Origin: Adineta vaga
Lineage: Eukaryota > Animalia > Rotifera
Direction of reading: 5' to 3'
NCBI GenBank assembly: GCA_021613535.1
Contig: CP075497.1
Span: forward strand, 12,834,001 to 12,898,000
Length of the DNA: 64,000 nucleotides
Below are positions 1 to 12,439 of this stretch, piece after piece. The translations under genes and the position numbers were made by a program. Each line of letters opens with the position of its first letter. Position 1 is the first letter of the stretch. A model generated the notes under the pieces. That model was given only the letters and a program-made list of their open reading frames with translations, ran no database searches and was not told the origin of the DNA.

Positions 1-403
1 GTATATGAACGTACCCTTATATGAATGGATTGGAAAATACTTTTTGAATATCTTTGAAAACAACTATGTCTATAGTTCGGTTCATTTGAACGGAGTCCAT
101 GAGCCTGAGCCTGTCTGCCGCTAATATTGGTCAGAAAGAGCATTCAATTCTGCATCGCTTCGTTAAAGAACCATTATTTCTTCGATGCAGGTCGTTCCAT
201 CGAGGATGCGATTTCTCTCTTCTAGAACCATTAATTGCTTTTAAATCAAACATTAATCAAGATTTTACGATGTATTTTCCATGCGGCCCGATTCGTATTC
301 TGTATCATGCAGATATTAGAGATTTATTCCTTTTTAGAATTTATCTGTTTATTTATTTTCAAAATATGTAGAAATACATAAGCATACATCCTAATAATTA
401 CAG

Positions 404-432
404 TATATATATATATATATAGAGAGAGAGAG
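404..432. repeat. compound (TA)n(GA)n microsatellite
   Basis: tatatatatatatatat followed directly by agagagagagag. Confidence 0.9.
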
Positions 433-984
433 ACCACAAAAAAATGATGTCACGAATTAAAGACAGTATAAGTGAAAGAAGTAATAGCTAAATCAAAGTA
501 GAGAAAGAAGGAAAATGAGAAGATAGATGGTATGCGACAGGCGGCGCCTGTAATAATATCATATATTCGTTAAATAAAGTCCGTAGGTATTCTGTTGGTA
601 TTGTTTACGATTGATAAAAAAATAATATATAAAAGTTATTGCTAAGTCAGATAATTTACATAAATTTATCTTGTAGCTTGTTCAGATAGCTCTGCTACCG
701 GAAATAAGTGCGTTATCATAGTCATTTTTATAATCTTATTTTCAGTTTTAGGAACACGAATAGAGAAACATCGATGTTTAAAACTTATGTTAGTAGCGAA
801 AATGATTATATAAAGATTAGAATAAGCGCGTGGATGATATAATATTCATAAAAATAGAGAAAAGAAATTAGAAATATATCGAATACTGACAGAAAAAAAT
901 TGATTAAATATAAATAAGTAAAAGTTTGTAATTGATCAACAGTTTTTTTCTTTCATAAAATGTCTTTAACAAATGTTGTTTGCT

Positions 985-3338
985 TTATATACAACAACAG
1001 CGAGAACCAGTAGGATTATCACACGCATCAGGATCACCACTGCCATCACCACTGCCATCACCAGGACAATTACCACTCAGAATAACATCACCGCAAGTAC
1101 TACTGCTAATAGCACAATAATCATTACAACTCTTGCCACTGAGAGTGCATTTAGTTTTATCATCACAAGTGGCCAATTTTCCTGTTGTGGTAGTTGTGGT
1201 TGTGGTTGTGGTTGTGGTTGTGGTTGTGGTGGTGGTAGTAGTTGTGATTAGTGTTGCTGTTGTCAAGGTACTAGTTACGGGTGTAACAGTACTACTGGTC
1301 GTATCTAAAGTTTAAATCAAAAGTAATACAGTAATAGATGGATGCAAAAGTCGCAATGTGAGTAAAAGAAAGAGTATTTCATCGCATTCAGGATTCATTT
1401 TACCGATTAACGACAGACTAAATGATCTAGAACTTGAGCTTATATATTGCTGCTATACTCGCGCTTGTGCTTGTCTTTTTTCATCTTGATTGTGAAAAAA
1501 TAAATATTTGAAACATAGTAGAAGGTGAATGATTTTCTAGTCAGAGATTTCTGATTATTATACAAAGAATGGCACATGTAAAACATATCCAGAAAAAGAA
1601 CAAATTTTAGGAGAGGAACAAATAACAAGATCTATTTAGATCCGAATGCGCTGATTATTCAACACTTCTGATACTGCTGACTTGCTTTGATACCTTAGAG
1701 GTGTTAGTGTGCTTTCTATATTCATTGAAATTTTCATTTCGAAACAAATCAAACTATTTCCTATACATTCTCGGAAAGCGCTAATAAACGAAAAAATGGG
1801 TCAACATTGAAATCGATAATTGTTCACATGCATTGTTGAGCTCATCTGTAAGTAGCGAAAGGACAAGTTTTTTTTGCATAAACAACGTTTGATTTATTTG
1901 ATTCTATCGCAATATATGGAATTCAAAGCGGATGATTACTTTACTAGAACCAGAAGAGAGGATTTCATTAGGAGTATGCTCTTATTCTGTCTGTCAATTC
2001 GTAGTTTATCGTCTATAAAAATTCGAGAAAACAATAGTTTATTAGAGTGTTATATATTATTGCGTTGAGCGGAAGAAAAGACTTTGTTCAATACATAAAT
2101 CAATTGGAAAATATTGTACAAGTAAAATGAGATGAAATGACATGTTTGATTGTTTTAACCACATTTCAAATGAAAAAGAAAAATACTAATTATTGTATCC
2201 AACCATTTAATTTGTTTTATATTCTACTTCTCAATCAACTATGTAAGTCTTTAGCGATTGTATTACGTAGAGAGAATCATCCCTGAGACGAGCTTTCAGG
2301 ACATACACTTGGTTCACAGAGGATGAATAATATTTTTATTTAAAGATTTTAAAAACATCAGAATAAGTGCTCTAAAAACGAAAAAACTGAAATCCTGTGC
2401 AACGCTTTCCCCTTTGAAACTATCATAAATTCTATAAGAGATACTTCTGTGGCTAAGTAATTTCTCTAGAATATATCTTTTACCTGCTGTAATTGGTTGA
2501 AATGAACAAAACAGTGTTAGAACTGTCGCAGTTGATCCATCGGCTACTATGATGACGAGAGGAAATACACTTGAACCTAATTTCAACTGTAACTGATTTT
2601 TTATATCTGATGCACATTTTTTAAAGCAGTGATCGCTCTTGCATGCCGAGTGTGGGCATTTCTTAACAAATATTGATAAATTCATGTTATTGCTTACTCC
2701 ACAACGTGGTACACTATTAAAGATAATATTTTTGAAATAGAAAGTACTGCAATTAAAAAAAATGGTGTGAAGTAACTTACCTAGTCTGTTGTTTTCTTCT
2801 TCCATTACTTCCGCCTTTGACCGATCCAACTGGTACAGCAAGTGTATTTGCTGGAAAGCCCAGTTTTTCATTGAACTGCATATAAAAAGACAGTCTGTAT
2901 GAAGTGTATATAGAAAAAAAAGTACGTTGACTTACCACTTGTCCGATGTAATCGAGATTTATTATAGCTTGACTTCTGTCAAAGACCGTTGCAGTGGAAA
3001 ACTCTAGGTTGATATATCGTGAACCTTATAAAAGATATAATGTAAATATACATAATGATAATATCAGTCTTCATACTTGTGCTATCACTTGCCAAATTGA
3101 TGTCACTACCTTTTCTTTCAAGATACACCGGTATGAGTGATAAGGCTATCACCACACCAATAATAAATAAGAGAGCCAGAAGTAAAGCAGTAACCCAACA
3201 TGGAGCCCATCTTAACCATGATCTGAAATAATAAGCATAGAAGAAAAGTCGATGTGATAATCAATCAGTAAGCTTATATGCATACTGCGACGCTATTCTT
3301 GAGTTGTTATTTGCAGCACTATCACTTTGATTTGCCAT
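985..3338 (-). CDS. 6-exon type II membrane protein (~310 aa): N-terminal TM helix, Cys-containing ectodomain, Thr-rich stalk, C-terminal 10-Cys domain
   Basis: Hand-spliced exons 3338-3286, 3222-3077, 3024-2936, 2875-2781, 2713-2484, 1304-985. All introns are GT-AG, phases are consistent, total 933 nt ending in TAA. Protein: MANQSDS...WVTALLLALLFIIGVVIALSLIPVYL...KKCPHSACKSDHCFKKC...poly-Thr...CDDKTKC...RCCCI. Confidence 0.85.
1183..1245 (-). repeat. coding (ACAACC)n repeat encoding the poly-Thr stalk
   Basis: (ggttgt)n on + strand inside the last exon of the 985-3338 gene. Confidence 0.9.
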
Positions 3339-3447
3339 CGCACCTAAGTTGAAGAAAGATTTTTTTCTAAAACTTCCAAAAAGTGTACTAAATCAATCAT
3401 TTAACTCTTTGACCTCAAATTCAAGTATTATTTTCGCTTACTGTGCA

Positions 3448-3545
3448 GAGGAATGTGCCGAGCTTGAGTCCCTCGGTCTTTGCTAGTTTCATCTTAACAC
3501 TAAAAATGGCTAGAAGCGAGAGGCGAGAGGCTCGGCATATTTCTA
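3448..3545. mobile_element. short MITE-like element with ~16-19 bp imperfect terminal inverted repeats
   Basis: Left gaggaatgtgccgagc vs right gctcggcatatttcta (reverse complement tagaaatatgccgagc). Confidence 0.45.
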
Positions 3546-6500
3546 TTTGTGAAACTCACATATATTTTTCAAAAAAAGCCTTTTCAGCACCGCCGCTTTC
3601 AGAACTAAAGTGTACAACTCACATAGTCCATATGCCATTGTAGTCAATCCGTGGTAGAGCCCCATACGGTGCGGGTGTGGATGAAGAATATCATTTTAAG
3701 CCTAATCATGCGCGTGCAATCATCGCGCTTATCTTTACCGACCGAAAAGCAAGCTAGATCTTTGTAAACCCTTCTAAACCCTGATAGCTCCTGGTAGGAT
3801 TTCCCAAGGTTTAAATAAATAAATAAAATACATAACAACATTATAGAGAAATTTTGAATTATTTTGTGATTCATTTGCGGCATGAACTCATCGAACTTCT
3901 CCCTCCTATCTTAATTTTCATTTTTTATAGAATATTTTCAGTAATATCAATAAACGTATTTCACTGTGAATATTGTTACGCACACGTAAGGACTGTTATT
4001 ACATTTAGTAGTTGTATCCTTCTCTCAATAAGTTAGTCATATCATTTCGGATCTGAAGTGTAAAAATATCTCCTAATATGCATTTGCCGTGTCCTGTCTT
4101 GCAGTATAGAGCAGGCTATGGGAGGTCGCCATATAGTAACGTCTGTATGGCATAGGACAGAGCAGAGCAAGAAGAGTGTATTGAGTTAAATATTGACTTA
4201 TGATTCTAGATGTTATGAAGCGTCAAGCATCTCGTGTAGTATGCACTAATGAAATGTATTAAGATATGAGGAACATGAAAGCAACTGATAACCGCGGAAT
4301 GATTCTGATTCTCTTCGATTATTGATCATTAAAAGTTTACTTAATAATAACTACGATAGAGAAACATTTTATTGCTGTCAATGATTGCACTTACTTTGAT
4401 ACTGAAGTAACTAATGCCTTGGATGTATTAAAAATGAAAATAATACGTCAGTATTCGTCGTTTATATACACGTTTCTTAAGGGATTCTATATCACGTTTT
4501 GCTGCGTCATGCCTCAGCGCTTTTTTTAAATTATGTATGCTCTCTTTTTACTGTTTTCATGTTCGATCTTCCATTTTCTTCTTGTTACATGCCAAAGTAC
4601 GTCGAAATATTATGATTTTGCTATTTGAAATGTAACTTGAAGAGAAAGTCGATGCATACTGATCAACAGGACAATATTTTTTACGTAGCATCCTCGATAG
4701 CCATGATATTGTATAAGATGCAGAATAGCTAGAAGAGCTTTATGCTATTTCTTCCTTTAATTCTAAACTGGAACAATATAAACATCTCATCCGATTTGAA
4801 TACTGCATCGTTCGATAGGTAGAAACAAAATTATAACTTGAGTAGAACGTTAAGCTGATTTAAAAAATGATCGAGAAATATTTCATATTATCATTCATTT
4901 CTATTTCGTCACGCATAATATACTTTCAAACAAGATAAAACTAGCAAGCAAAAAGGACAGTTAAGATCTTTTCGTTGACACTAGAGGCAAAACTAGTCAT
5001 CCACTTATCTGATAACTAATTTGTTTCGTTCTATCGATGTTTATGCATTTATTGGACAGAAACTCTTTAACCTTGAACCGTGAGAGGTAGCGACAGAACG
5101 AAAAAGGTGACTACTATACCTCAACGACTAATAGCCTACCATTTCTCTATCCTGATTCATAATTAACTGATTTTTTTTCTATCGATCATCGTTGTCGTTA
5201 CTTTTATCGCTTCGAAAATATTCTCCTTATTTTCGTCCGTTTCACGCACTTTTTGATCATAAAGATGCACTTTTATCTTTAACGTTATAAGTGTGCATTG
5301 AAGTGCATCTTGAGTATATTTCACACACATTCATTCTACAAAATAATATCAATGTCAATAGAAAGATGCGCTTACGCACCTTTTACGAATGGTTAATTTC
5401 ACGAAGAAATAGTAATTACTGAAATATTTTGCATCGCAATATTTTGATCACTTCGAAAGTCATTGGAATCGCTGTGAAGATATTATTAAACCACCGTCCA
5501 CGAATTATACAGAATTCTAAGAAGGAAACCGACCGAGGTGCTCAAAGAGCTTAGAGCCCATCTGTCTATCATTAGTACTCGGGAAAAAATAAAGGAGAAT
5601 TTCAGAACGAATTTAGACCCTAAAGACATTCTTCCCAACATATTGAATTTTTATGATATAACATGAGACAATAACAATGAAGAATTCAACAGTAATTTGT
5701 CTTGAAAGCAGTGCTATAGAAAATTTGAAACGTTTTTCCCGTTTTCCATACTACTGGTTCCATCTGGTTTGAGTTTTTAGAGTCAGATTACACTCTATTT
5801 AGAACGATCCTATTCTTTGTTCATGAGCGAAAAGAACATGTAAAATTCTTATCTGATTTTTTATGCTTATCAAAACATAATCTTTAGTAAAAAAAGGCTA
5901 TCTTAGAATAGTTTCGTTGCGGCGGGACCTAGGATATATCGGAACATTAGCAGTTCACTACAAAGCTCTTCGAAGAGCATTTCACACCTGGACTGTGATC
6001 GAAATTCAGGGGAGATCAATAAGCGGTCATCGCAGCCTAAATCGCTGTGTATCACTCAGCAGATTCAGTAACTTTTGATTAAATGCATCAGCTGCTCTTT
6101 GCCTTCATTTCATAAAATATCTTTACTTTTTGAGAAAGATAGTATAACGCGGTTAACACTTGTTTTTCAGGATCGCGAAAGTCAGATCATTTATTGGTAT
6201 CTGCAAAACTGACTCAAACCGAGGTTCTGGTAACCGTGGTAGACGGTGTTTTTCTGTAAAAATCTTTGCGTGGAGAGTGAACAATCCATATCGGATCATT
6301 AAAACATAAAGAAACGTTGACCACTGTTTTGAAGAGGATTTCGATCGGTTTCTGTGGATTTAGTAGTATAACGTGCACACAACGCAGAATTTGAGTCGAT
6401 TTGCATTGTTAATTTTCTTACGTTATTCGATGTAGTTTAACGCGCTGAATCCGAATATGTATACACTGGAAAAAAATCCGCATAATAATCAACCCTTCAA

Positions 6501-7973
6501 AGATTTAATATTCAAACCGTTAATGAACCAACAAGTTTATCAAAGATAAGAGGGTTTATGATAGATGTATAAGGGTTTGTTATTCTATGTGGCCGTGATG
6601 ATAGCACATTGAAAAAAATCAAACACGGTTGATTATTAGACAACCCCTGAACAAGGGTATTTTATTGTTCTCTTTTGCATATATTATGCTACCTAAAGTC
6701 TAAAAACGTATATCTTTCTACTTTTCGTGAAAGAACATTCTACGGTCCCATTACGCAGCCTAGTATTCTACGGACAAAGGTATATTATTCTGTGTAGAAA
6801 AGTTGATCAATATGCGTCTTAATGAAAAGGATTTGTTACCGTACGAGAAGAATTTTATTTCATGTGTTTTCCGCTAAAAAGGTTTATCACTCTCCACGTC
6901 ATGTTTACTCTTGCACCTTTCCCTTGCCAAGGATCTATCACTCTTCATGTCAGGGTTTATTCTAGTGCTCTTCGTTGTAAAAAGTTAATTATCTACGCTT
7001 GAAAATGACACAAATTTTCTTTGCTTTGCTTCTTAAAATGGTTTTTACTTTTTGTTGAATATTTATCAGTAGCGAAAGTACGTCTTATAGGTGACTAGCA
7101 GATATGTGAATATATCGAGAGAAACGTATAATACTAACTACATTCATGCTTTCAAACGTTTTGGTTATAACAAGTACTTCGATAATTTCAAGAGGATCAC
7201 TTTTATATGAAAATGTGAGTAAAAACCGCTACCGATCAACTGAGTGTAAAAAGATTCCAAAATCACGAGGCACTATCACCATCGATCGAATTGTTTAGCG
7301 ATTAGATGAAGCGCACAGTAACGATACAATAGTCACCGTCACTGTTTCATAAAGTGAAGAGAAGAAAAGAGAGCTTCGATGATAATCTTTTCTATAAAAT
7401 TGTCTTTTTATTTTTAGTATAAGTGTTTTGCCATGAATATTTATAGATATTTGTTTTTTAAAACTTCGGATGATTCATCGATATCGAATCGCTTTCATTA
7501 TCGCATCATTTTCTTCTTCTCACTTTTCATCATTATCAAACAATGAGTTGGTCTTGTGAACAAGTTATTCATTGATGTAAAACTTTCATTAATGACGATT
7601 CAATTTTATCACCTATTGAAGGTCAGTCTGTTTTTATTAATTAGATAAATATGTTGATTTTTTTTGCGTTATTTAAACCTAGTTTAGAGTATTTAATTGC
7701 ATTATATATTTTGCTGAGCGCCTGAGAAATCGGCATTTAACGACATAAACATTGAATTGTGTTTTTTTATCCTTCCTTTTTTCTTTCGACTTTTCCTTCG
7801 TTCTTGACTAGGAAAGTACCAGTGCGCGTTTAATACGAAAGAAAAGAAACGAATAGTTTTGGATGTATGCATCTTATTAACTTATATTAACTACTGTTTC
7901 TTTGTGTTTTCGTTATGCGTTTTAAGAAATAACCTTCAGATAAATAAATAAATTGAAAAATTATTTATTTAAT

Positions 7974-7995
7974 GTATATATATATATATATATAT
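7974..7995. repeat. (TA)n microsatellite
   Basis: Run of about 11 TA units. Confidence 0.9.
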
Positions 7996-8161
7996 AAATA
8001 GAGAAATATTTTCACGTTAGCCTTAAACATCTAACGTTAAAAGATCATGTCGTCATTTATCTGTCTACTTTGTTCAACGAATAGAGATTTTTCAAGTTTC
8101 TTCAAAATGTTTCGATATATAACGCTGTACCACCAAAATGATCCCAAATTCAAAAATCACC

Positions 8162-8229
8162 ATCTTCAGGTTGTGGAGTGTGGATCTGTGAGGACATATC
8201 TACTCCTTTCACACCTACACCCTCAAGTT
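8162..8229. mobile_element. copy of short dispersed hairpin element (TTGAGGGTGTGGG...CCCACACCCTCAA family)
   Basis: atcttcaggttgtggagtgtgga ... tcacacctacaccctcaagt. Confidence 0.55.
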
Positions 8230-8759
8230 TTGAACTCCTGTAAACATTTCGCCTTGTTGTTCATAGTAAGAGCATCCACATGGGTGTATCAATTCCATTC
8301 TTGGGTAGAAATCTTAACAATACCGAGAAGACTATAACTCTTTGAAAAACCATATCCTTCTAAGTATCTTAAATGTTTGAAAAATGATCAACAAAAACTG
8401 TGTCACAGCATTTTCTTTTTTATGTTTCATTTTTTATGCGAGAAGGAAAAGTGGAAAGAAAATCTTTTTTAGCATAAGAAAGCTCGTTGAAACCTGTAGA
8501 AAAGAATCGTTTGTGATATTTAATTTAAACGGTGTCTTTCGAAACAATTAACTAGGAAAATAATGCACTGCAAGTTTAGAATCTTTTCATATAACGGTGT
8601 TACGCGACCTTAAAACTCTTGTAGAGATGCGCAACTTAAATCTTAACTATTTATTTTTCTATTACTGAGAGAGCTTCATGAGTTGCATCCAGTAGCATTA
8701 AAACGAATTCTCTAGCTTTTGTAGTTCTAGAGAAAATAGAAAAGTAATCTATAAAAATG

Positions 8760-10586
8760 TCACAACGTTACGTTTGGAGAAGTCGAATAACTAGAATACC
8801 GTATAAACATATAGTCATTAAGTTCCCATCGATGAATACGAGCTCGCTTAAATGGATCGTGAAAGGATGAATAATTACGCTCTCCAATCAATGATGGATG
8901 CGTTACATCTGTAATTACTAGATTAGGAATAGCAATTCTTACAGGATATCCCAATCGAGCAAGATGTGCAAAAACAAAGTCATATGGATCATTTATATTG
9001 GTATCTAACCATGTAAGAATAGGTTCAAATGTAGTTCGATGATACATAGCGGCAAATGATCCATAGGTTTTTGTACCAACATTTCGACATGAACCTATCT
9101 CTTTTCTAGTTAAATTATCTATAGCAAACCATCCCGACTTCCATATAGTTGCTCCAAGCATGAGTACACCACCACTTTCATTATCCGGCATGTATCCACC
9201 ACATCGGTCATCATGCATAAGATTTTGTAAATATAAACCAAAATTACGATGTGGAATAGCATCATCTTCAAGTACGAGTACTCGTTCAAATTTCTTAGTA
9301 AGTGCCATTTGAAAAAAACGTGTCATTGTCAAACGAAGACCCCGCGCTCCGTTGGTTAAATTCGTTCGAATGGAACGACTTTGACCAGTTTCTGCATAGA
9401 ATGGTTTCACTGAAATACCATGCTGATAAAAGGCATCATGCAACTGCGACATATGCTCATCATGACTTGAAAGAGTGATCACAAATGCATTGAGAGACTT
9501 TAAATCGAAAGACTGTTTTATTTTTGGTGAAGGACATTCCGGTATAAGTTTCTTTTGAGGATAAAGTTCTTGTTGAATAACTGGATTAGCTACACAGCTA
9601 TTGCTAGTAAAGATATGTGGAAGAATAGGTCGTAATCCGAGAGTCATTTGTCGATGAAATTGATAGAAAAAGCGTTCTTTTTTCAAAGGATGAACCATAG
9701 CAGCTCGAAAAAACCGAGTTGGTGGTGATTCGGGAAAATCAATTTGAAGTTGTTTGCGAGCATTACGTGCTACTCGAATTGTTTTGTTCGAATTAATTAC
9801 CGTGTACATAACACGTTCAAATAAGCTTTTAGTACCTGTGCAAGCCAAACCCTGAACATAATGATATATACATCGTCCTAATTCAGTATCTGAATGTGGA
9901 GCAACAGTGGACGTTCGACAAGCATTAATATGTGGGCCAAATTTCAGAAGGGTGTAACGTGATATCATATACCCCATACCTAAACAGTAGGGAACAACCA
10001 GACCGAGCTGTTTTCGTTCATGAAGTTCACCTACTGCTGGGAAACCAATGTAACATTCGCGACATGTAAGTTGCTTTAACATTAGATCTAATTGTTCAAC
10101 ATTAACGTAAGTATCTGCATCGACTACAACAAAGTAATCGTAGTTCCATAGATGTTTTTCATAAAAATAAGACCATATTGCAAATGTCTTATTGATTGGT
10201 GGATATTCATTATCAATAACAGGTAATGAAATGATATTTTTATTGACTGAACTTTCGATTTCAACCTTATGTCGAGTTCCAACAAAGTAGAAAATATCAT
10301 ATGGTAGTTTAGGAATCCATGTATGTTGTGAAGCATTGACTAATGTTTTCATTTGTGACCATTCTGCTTGAATTCCCACAACAATTTGAAGTCGTTTTAT
10401 GTTAAAATTCGATAACGATTCCGATGTATGAGGATGATTTGAGAAATACCAATAGGAAGCATTTATTAATAGCAATATTATAATAGTGTAATAAAAAGTA
10501 TAAATCGATCGTAGTCTTTTCCACCATGTGTTTAACGTCCTTCTTAAAAATCGTTGTAAATATCGAATACTGCGTGCAAAGCCCAT
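8760..10586 (-). CDS. two-domain type II membrane glycosyltransferase: GT31/chondroitin-synthase-like N-domain plus GT25-like C-domain
   Basis: 608 aa uninterrupted ORF with N-terminal TM. DNEYPP, VVDADTYV, YCLGMGYMISR and HSDTELGRC resemble the fringe-like domain of chondroitin synthase; the second domain has VLVLEDDA (GT25-like). Confidence 0.8.
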   Translation of the reverse strand: MGFARSIRYLQRFLRRTLNTWWKRLRSIYTFYYTIIILLLINASYWYFSNHPHTSESLSNFNIKRLQIVVGIQAEWSQMKTLVNASQHTWIPKLPYDIFYFVGTRHKVEIESSVNKNIISLPVIDNEYPPINKTFAIWSYFYEKHLWNYDYFVVVDADTYVNVEQLDLMLKQLTCRECYIGFPAVGELHERKQLGLVVPYCLGMGYMISRYTLLKFGPHINACRTSTVAPHSDTELGRCIYHYVQGLACTGTKSLFERVMYTVINSNKTIRVARNARKQLQIDFPESPPTRFFRAAMVHPLKKERFFYQFHRQMTLGLRPILPHIFTSNSCVANPVIQQELYPQKKLIPECPSPKIKQSFDLKSLNAFVITLSSHDEHMSQLHDAFYQHGISVKPFYAETGQSRSIRTNLTNGARGLRLTMTRFFQMALTKKFERVLVLEDDAIPHRNFGLYLQNLMHDDRCGGYMPDNESGGVLMLGATIWKSGWFAIDNLTRKEIGSCRNVGTKTYGSFAAMYHRTTFEPILTWLDTNINDPYDFVFAHLARLGYPVRIAIPNLVITDVTHPSLIGERNYSSFHDPFKRARIHRWELNDYMFIRYSSYSTSPNVTL

Positions 10587-10879
10587 ATCATTATGATATA
10601 TGGTTTTCCAGCTCAGCTAAATTCAATAGAGAATAACAATATTACTTTTCTTATCTTTGAAAATTTTGGGTAATAATTCTACCTCGAATAAGTAATATCA
10701 ATACATTAGAATAACAAACATCTAGAACCGTCACACGTGCTTATTTGTACTGTTTACCTTAGTGTAAGCATTCATGCAAAAAGAAGGGGGAGATGAAAAT
10801 GCACATTTGTTTAATATATCGATAGCAAAGAAAAGAAACGTCGACGACTGTGCAAAAACGTTTTTAATTGCGACTTTAG

Positions 10880-12325
10880 ATGAATGATTTACTACGAAGA
10901 ATTCAAGATATTTTTTTGAACATTTATATTAGATTAAGTCATTGGCTCTGGATACTTTTATTATTCAACTTTTTAATGTTAAGTTTTTTCGATATTATTT
11001 TTATACAACAAACAAATCGTTTTAATGACGATGGTTTATCGAAAAATGAACGTAACAATTTATTTACATTATCGATTCTTGTACTAGTGACCGATGAGAA
11101 AATATTAGAAGCAGCAAAAGATACTTGGATTCTTGATTGTCCATTTGAAGTCATGTTTCGCACATCGGACAATAATTCAATGAATTCTTTGACAGTTAAT
11201 CATCAAATCCATGCGCACGATCGATATACGATGACAATAGACGTGAGATTTTACGTCATCATTGCACGATTACAACAGATAATCCTTAATGACAAACTGC
11301 ATGTTTATTGCTCAACTGCAAAGAAAAATCGAGATTGTTCATCCTTACCGAATGATATATTCATTGGTCCTCTAGAAACGCCTCGAGATTTTGAGCGCAT
11401 TCATCGTCGTCTTACAAACAGTTCTCGTCGGCCAATTCAAAATCCAAAAGGTTATAATTCATCTCTGGATCCTAATTGTGTTCATAATCCACTTATTCAA
11501 CTAGAAACATATCGCGGTTTTTACTTGCGTGAATGTCCCTCGCCGCCATTGCCTCGTACACCAATAGCACTTAGTAAACTACCGACTTACATGATTACTA
11601 TAAAAACGGCTGATGATGAAGAGATCAAATCTGTTATCGAGACTTTTCGTCTACATGGGTTGCACGTTCGTCTTTATCACGGTTTCCATAGTATTATAGA
11701 TTCGAAGCAAAACACTTCAAAATTAAGTATAGGTGAACGTAATCTGAAAGAAACCATGCGACGTTTGATTATACAATTGATTAATACACATTTTAATCAA
11801 GTACTCGTGTTTGAAGATGATGTTATACCACATAAAGATTTTGGTTCTCTTCTTGGAGATCTAATTACAACAAGCACGCCAGGACGATGTACAGCTCATA
11901 TATTAGATGGTGCAGATGCTGGTGGAATTCTCTTATTGGGAGCCACTGTATGGTCGACAGACCGTTTCGGATGGAAAATGATCGATCAGGATGTTAAAAA
12001 CAATTCTTTTGAATCTGCATGTTTCAACGTCGACCGAGTAACATACGGTGCATTTGCTGTTCTTATACATCGAACGACTTTTCAGTCTATCCTAAATTGG
12101 CTTAATGATCCTGAAAACGCACATCTCCCTTATGATCATATATTTTATCATCTTAGTCAACGAGGACACATCGTACGTGTTGTCTATCCATTTTTAGCAA
12201 TATCAAATATCACACATGTTTCGTCTGTTAATCCTCAACGTGGACCTAATCATCGAAACATCACTTGGCGAAGTAAAGTTCACCGATGGTTTCCATTGAA
12301 AGATTACAAAATTCATCATTCTTAG
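10880..12325 (+). CDS. paralog of 8760-10586: type II membrane GT25-like glycosyltransferase with collapsed N-domain
   Basis: 481 aa ORF with TM. Blocks shared with the neighbour: CVHNPLIQ..ECPSP, VLVFEDDVIPH, GGILLLGATVW, TYGAFAVLIHRTTF, PYD, VHRW. Confidence 0.8.
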   Translation: MNDLLRRIQDIFLNIYIRLSHWLWILLLFNFLMLSFFDIIFIQQTNRFNDDGLSKNERNNLFTLSILVLVTDEKILEAAKDTWILDCPFEVMFRTSDNNSMNSLTVNHQIHAHDRYTMTIDVRFYVIIARLQQIILNDKLHVYCSTAKKNRDCSSLPNDIFIGPLETPRDFERIHRRLTNSSRRPIQNPKGYNSSLDPNCVHNPLIQLETYRGFYLRECPSPPLPRTPIALSKLPTYMITIKTADDEEIKSVIETFRLHGLHVRLYHGFHSIIDSKQNTSKLSIGERNLKETMRRLIIQLINTHFNQVLVFEDDVIPHKDFGSLLGDLITTSTPGRCTAHILDGADAGGILLLGATVWSTDRFGWKMIDQDVKNNSFESACFNVDRVTYGAFAVLIHRTTFQSILNWLNDPENAHLPYDHIFYHLSQRGHIVRVVYPFLAISNITHVSSVNPQRGPNHRNITWRSKVHRWFPLKDYKIHHS

Positions 12326-12439
12326 GGTGATACATGAAACTGATCGAGGTCACTTATTTTATTTCTGTGCAAAGTATACATTAACAGAACAAAAAGAAAG
12401 TGATAACTGATATTTTCGTTTTGTATATCAATATCTTCA

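Noticed and set aside
1189-1232. Telomere-like (GGTTGT)n tract
   Set aside because: Short and fully explained as Thr codons inside an exon.
973-1315. Plus-strand ORFs with CGCGCG (metallothionein-like) or poly-Val
   Set aside because: Antisense shadows of the poly-Thr exon of the minus-strand gene.
2314-2871. 185-aa ORF as a stand-alone gene
   Set aside because: Reads through introns; only 2713-2484 is in the true frame of the 6-exon gene.
5492-6247. TIR element caccgtccacg...cgtggtagacggtg
   Set aside because: Inverted match is short and imperfect with no TSD; insufficient support.
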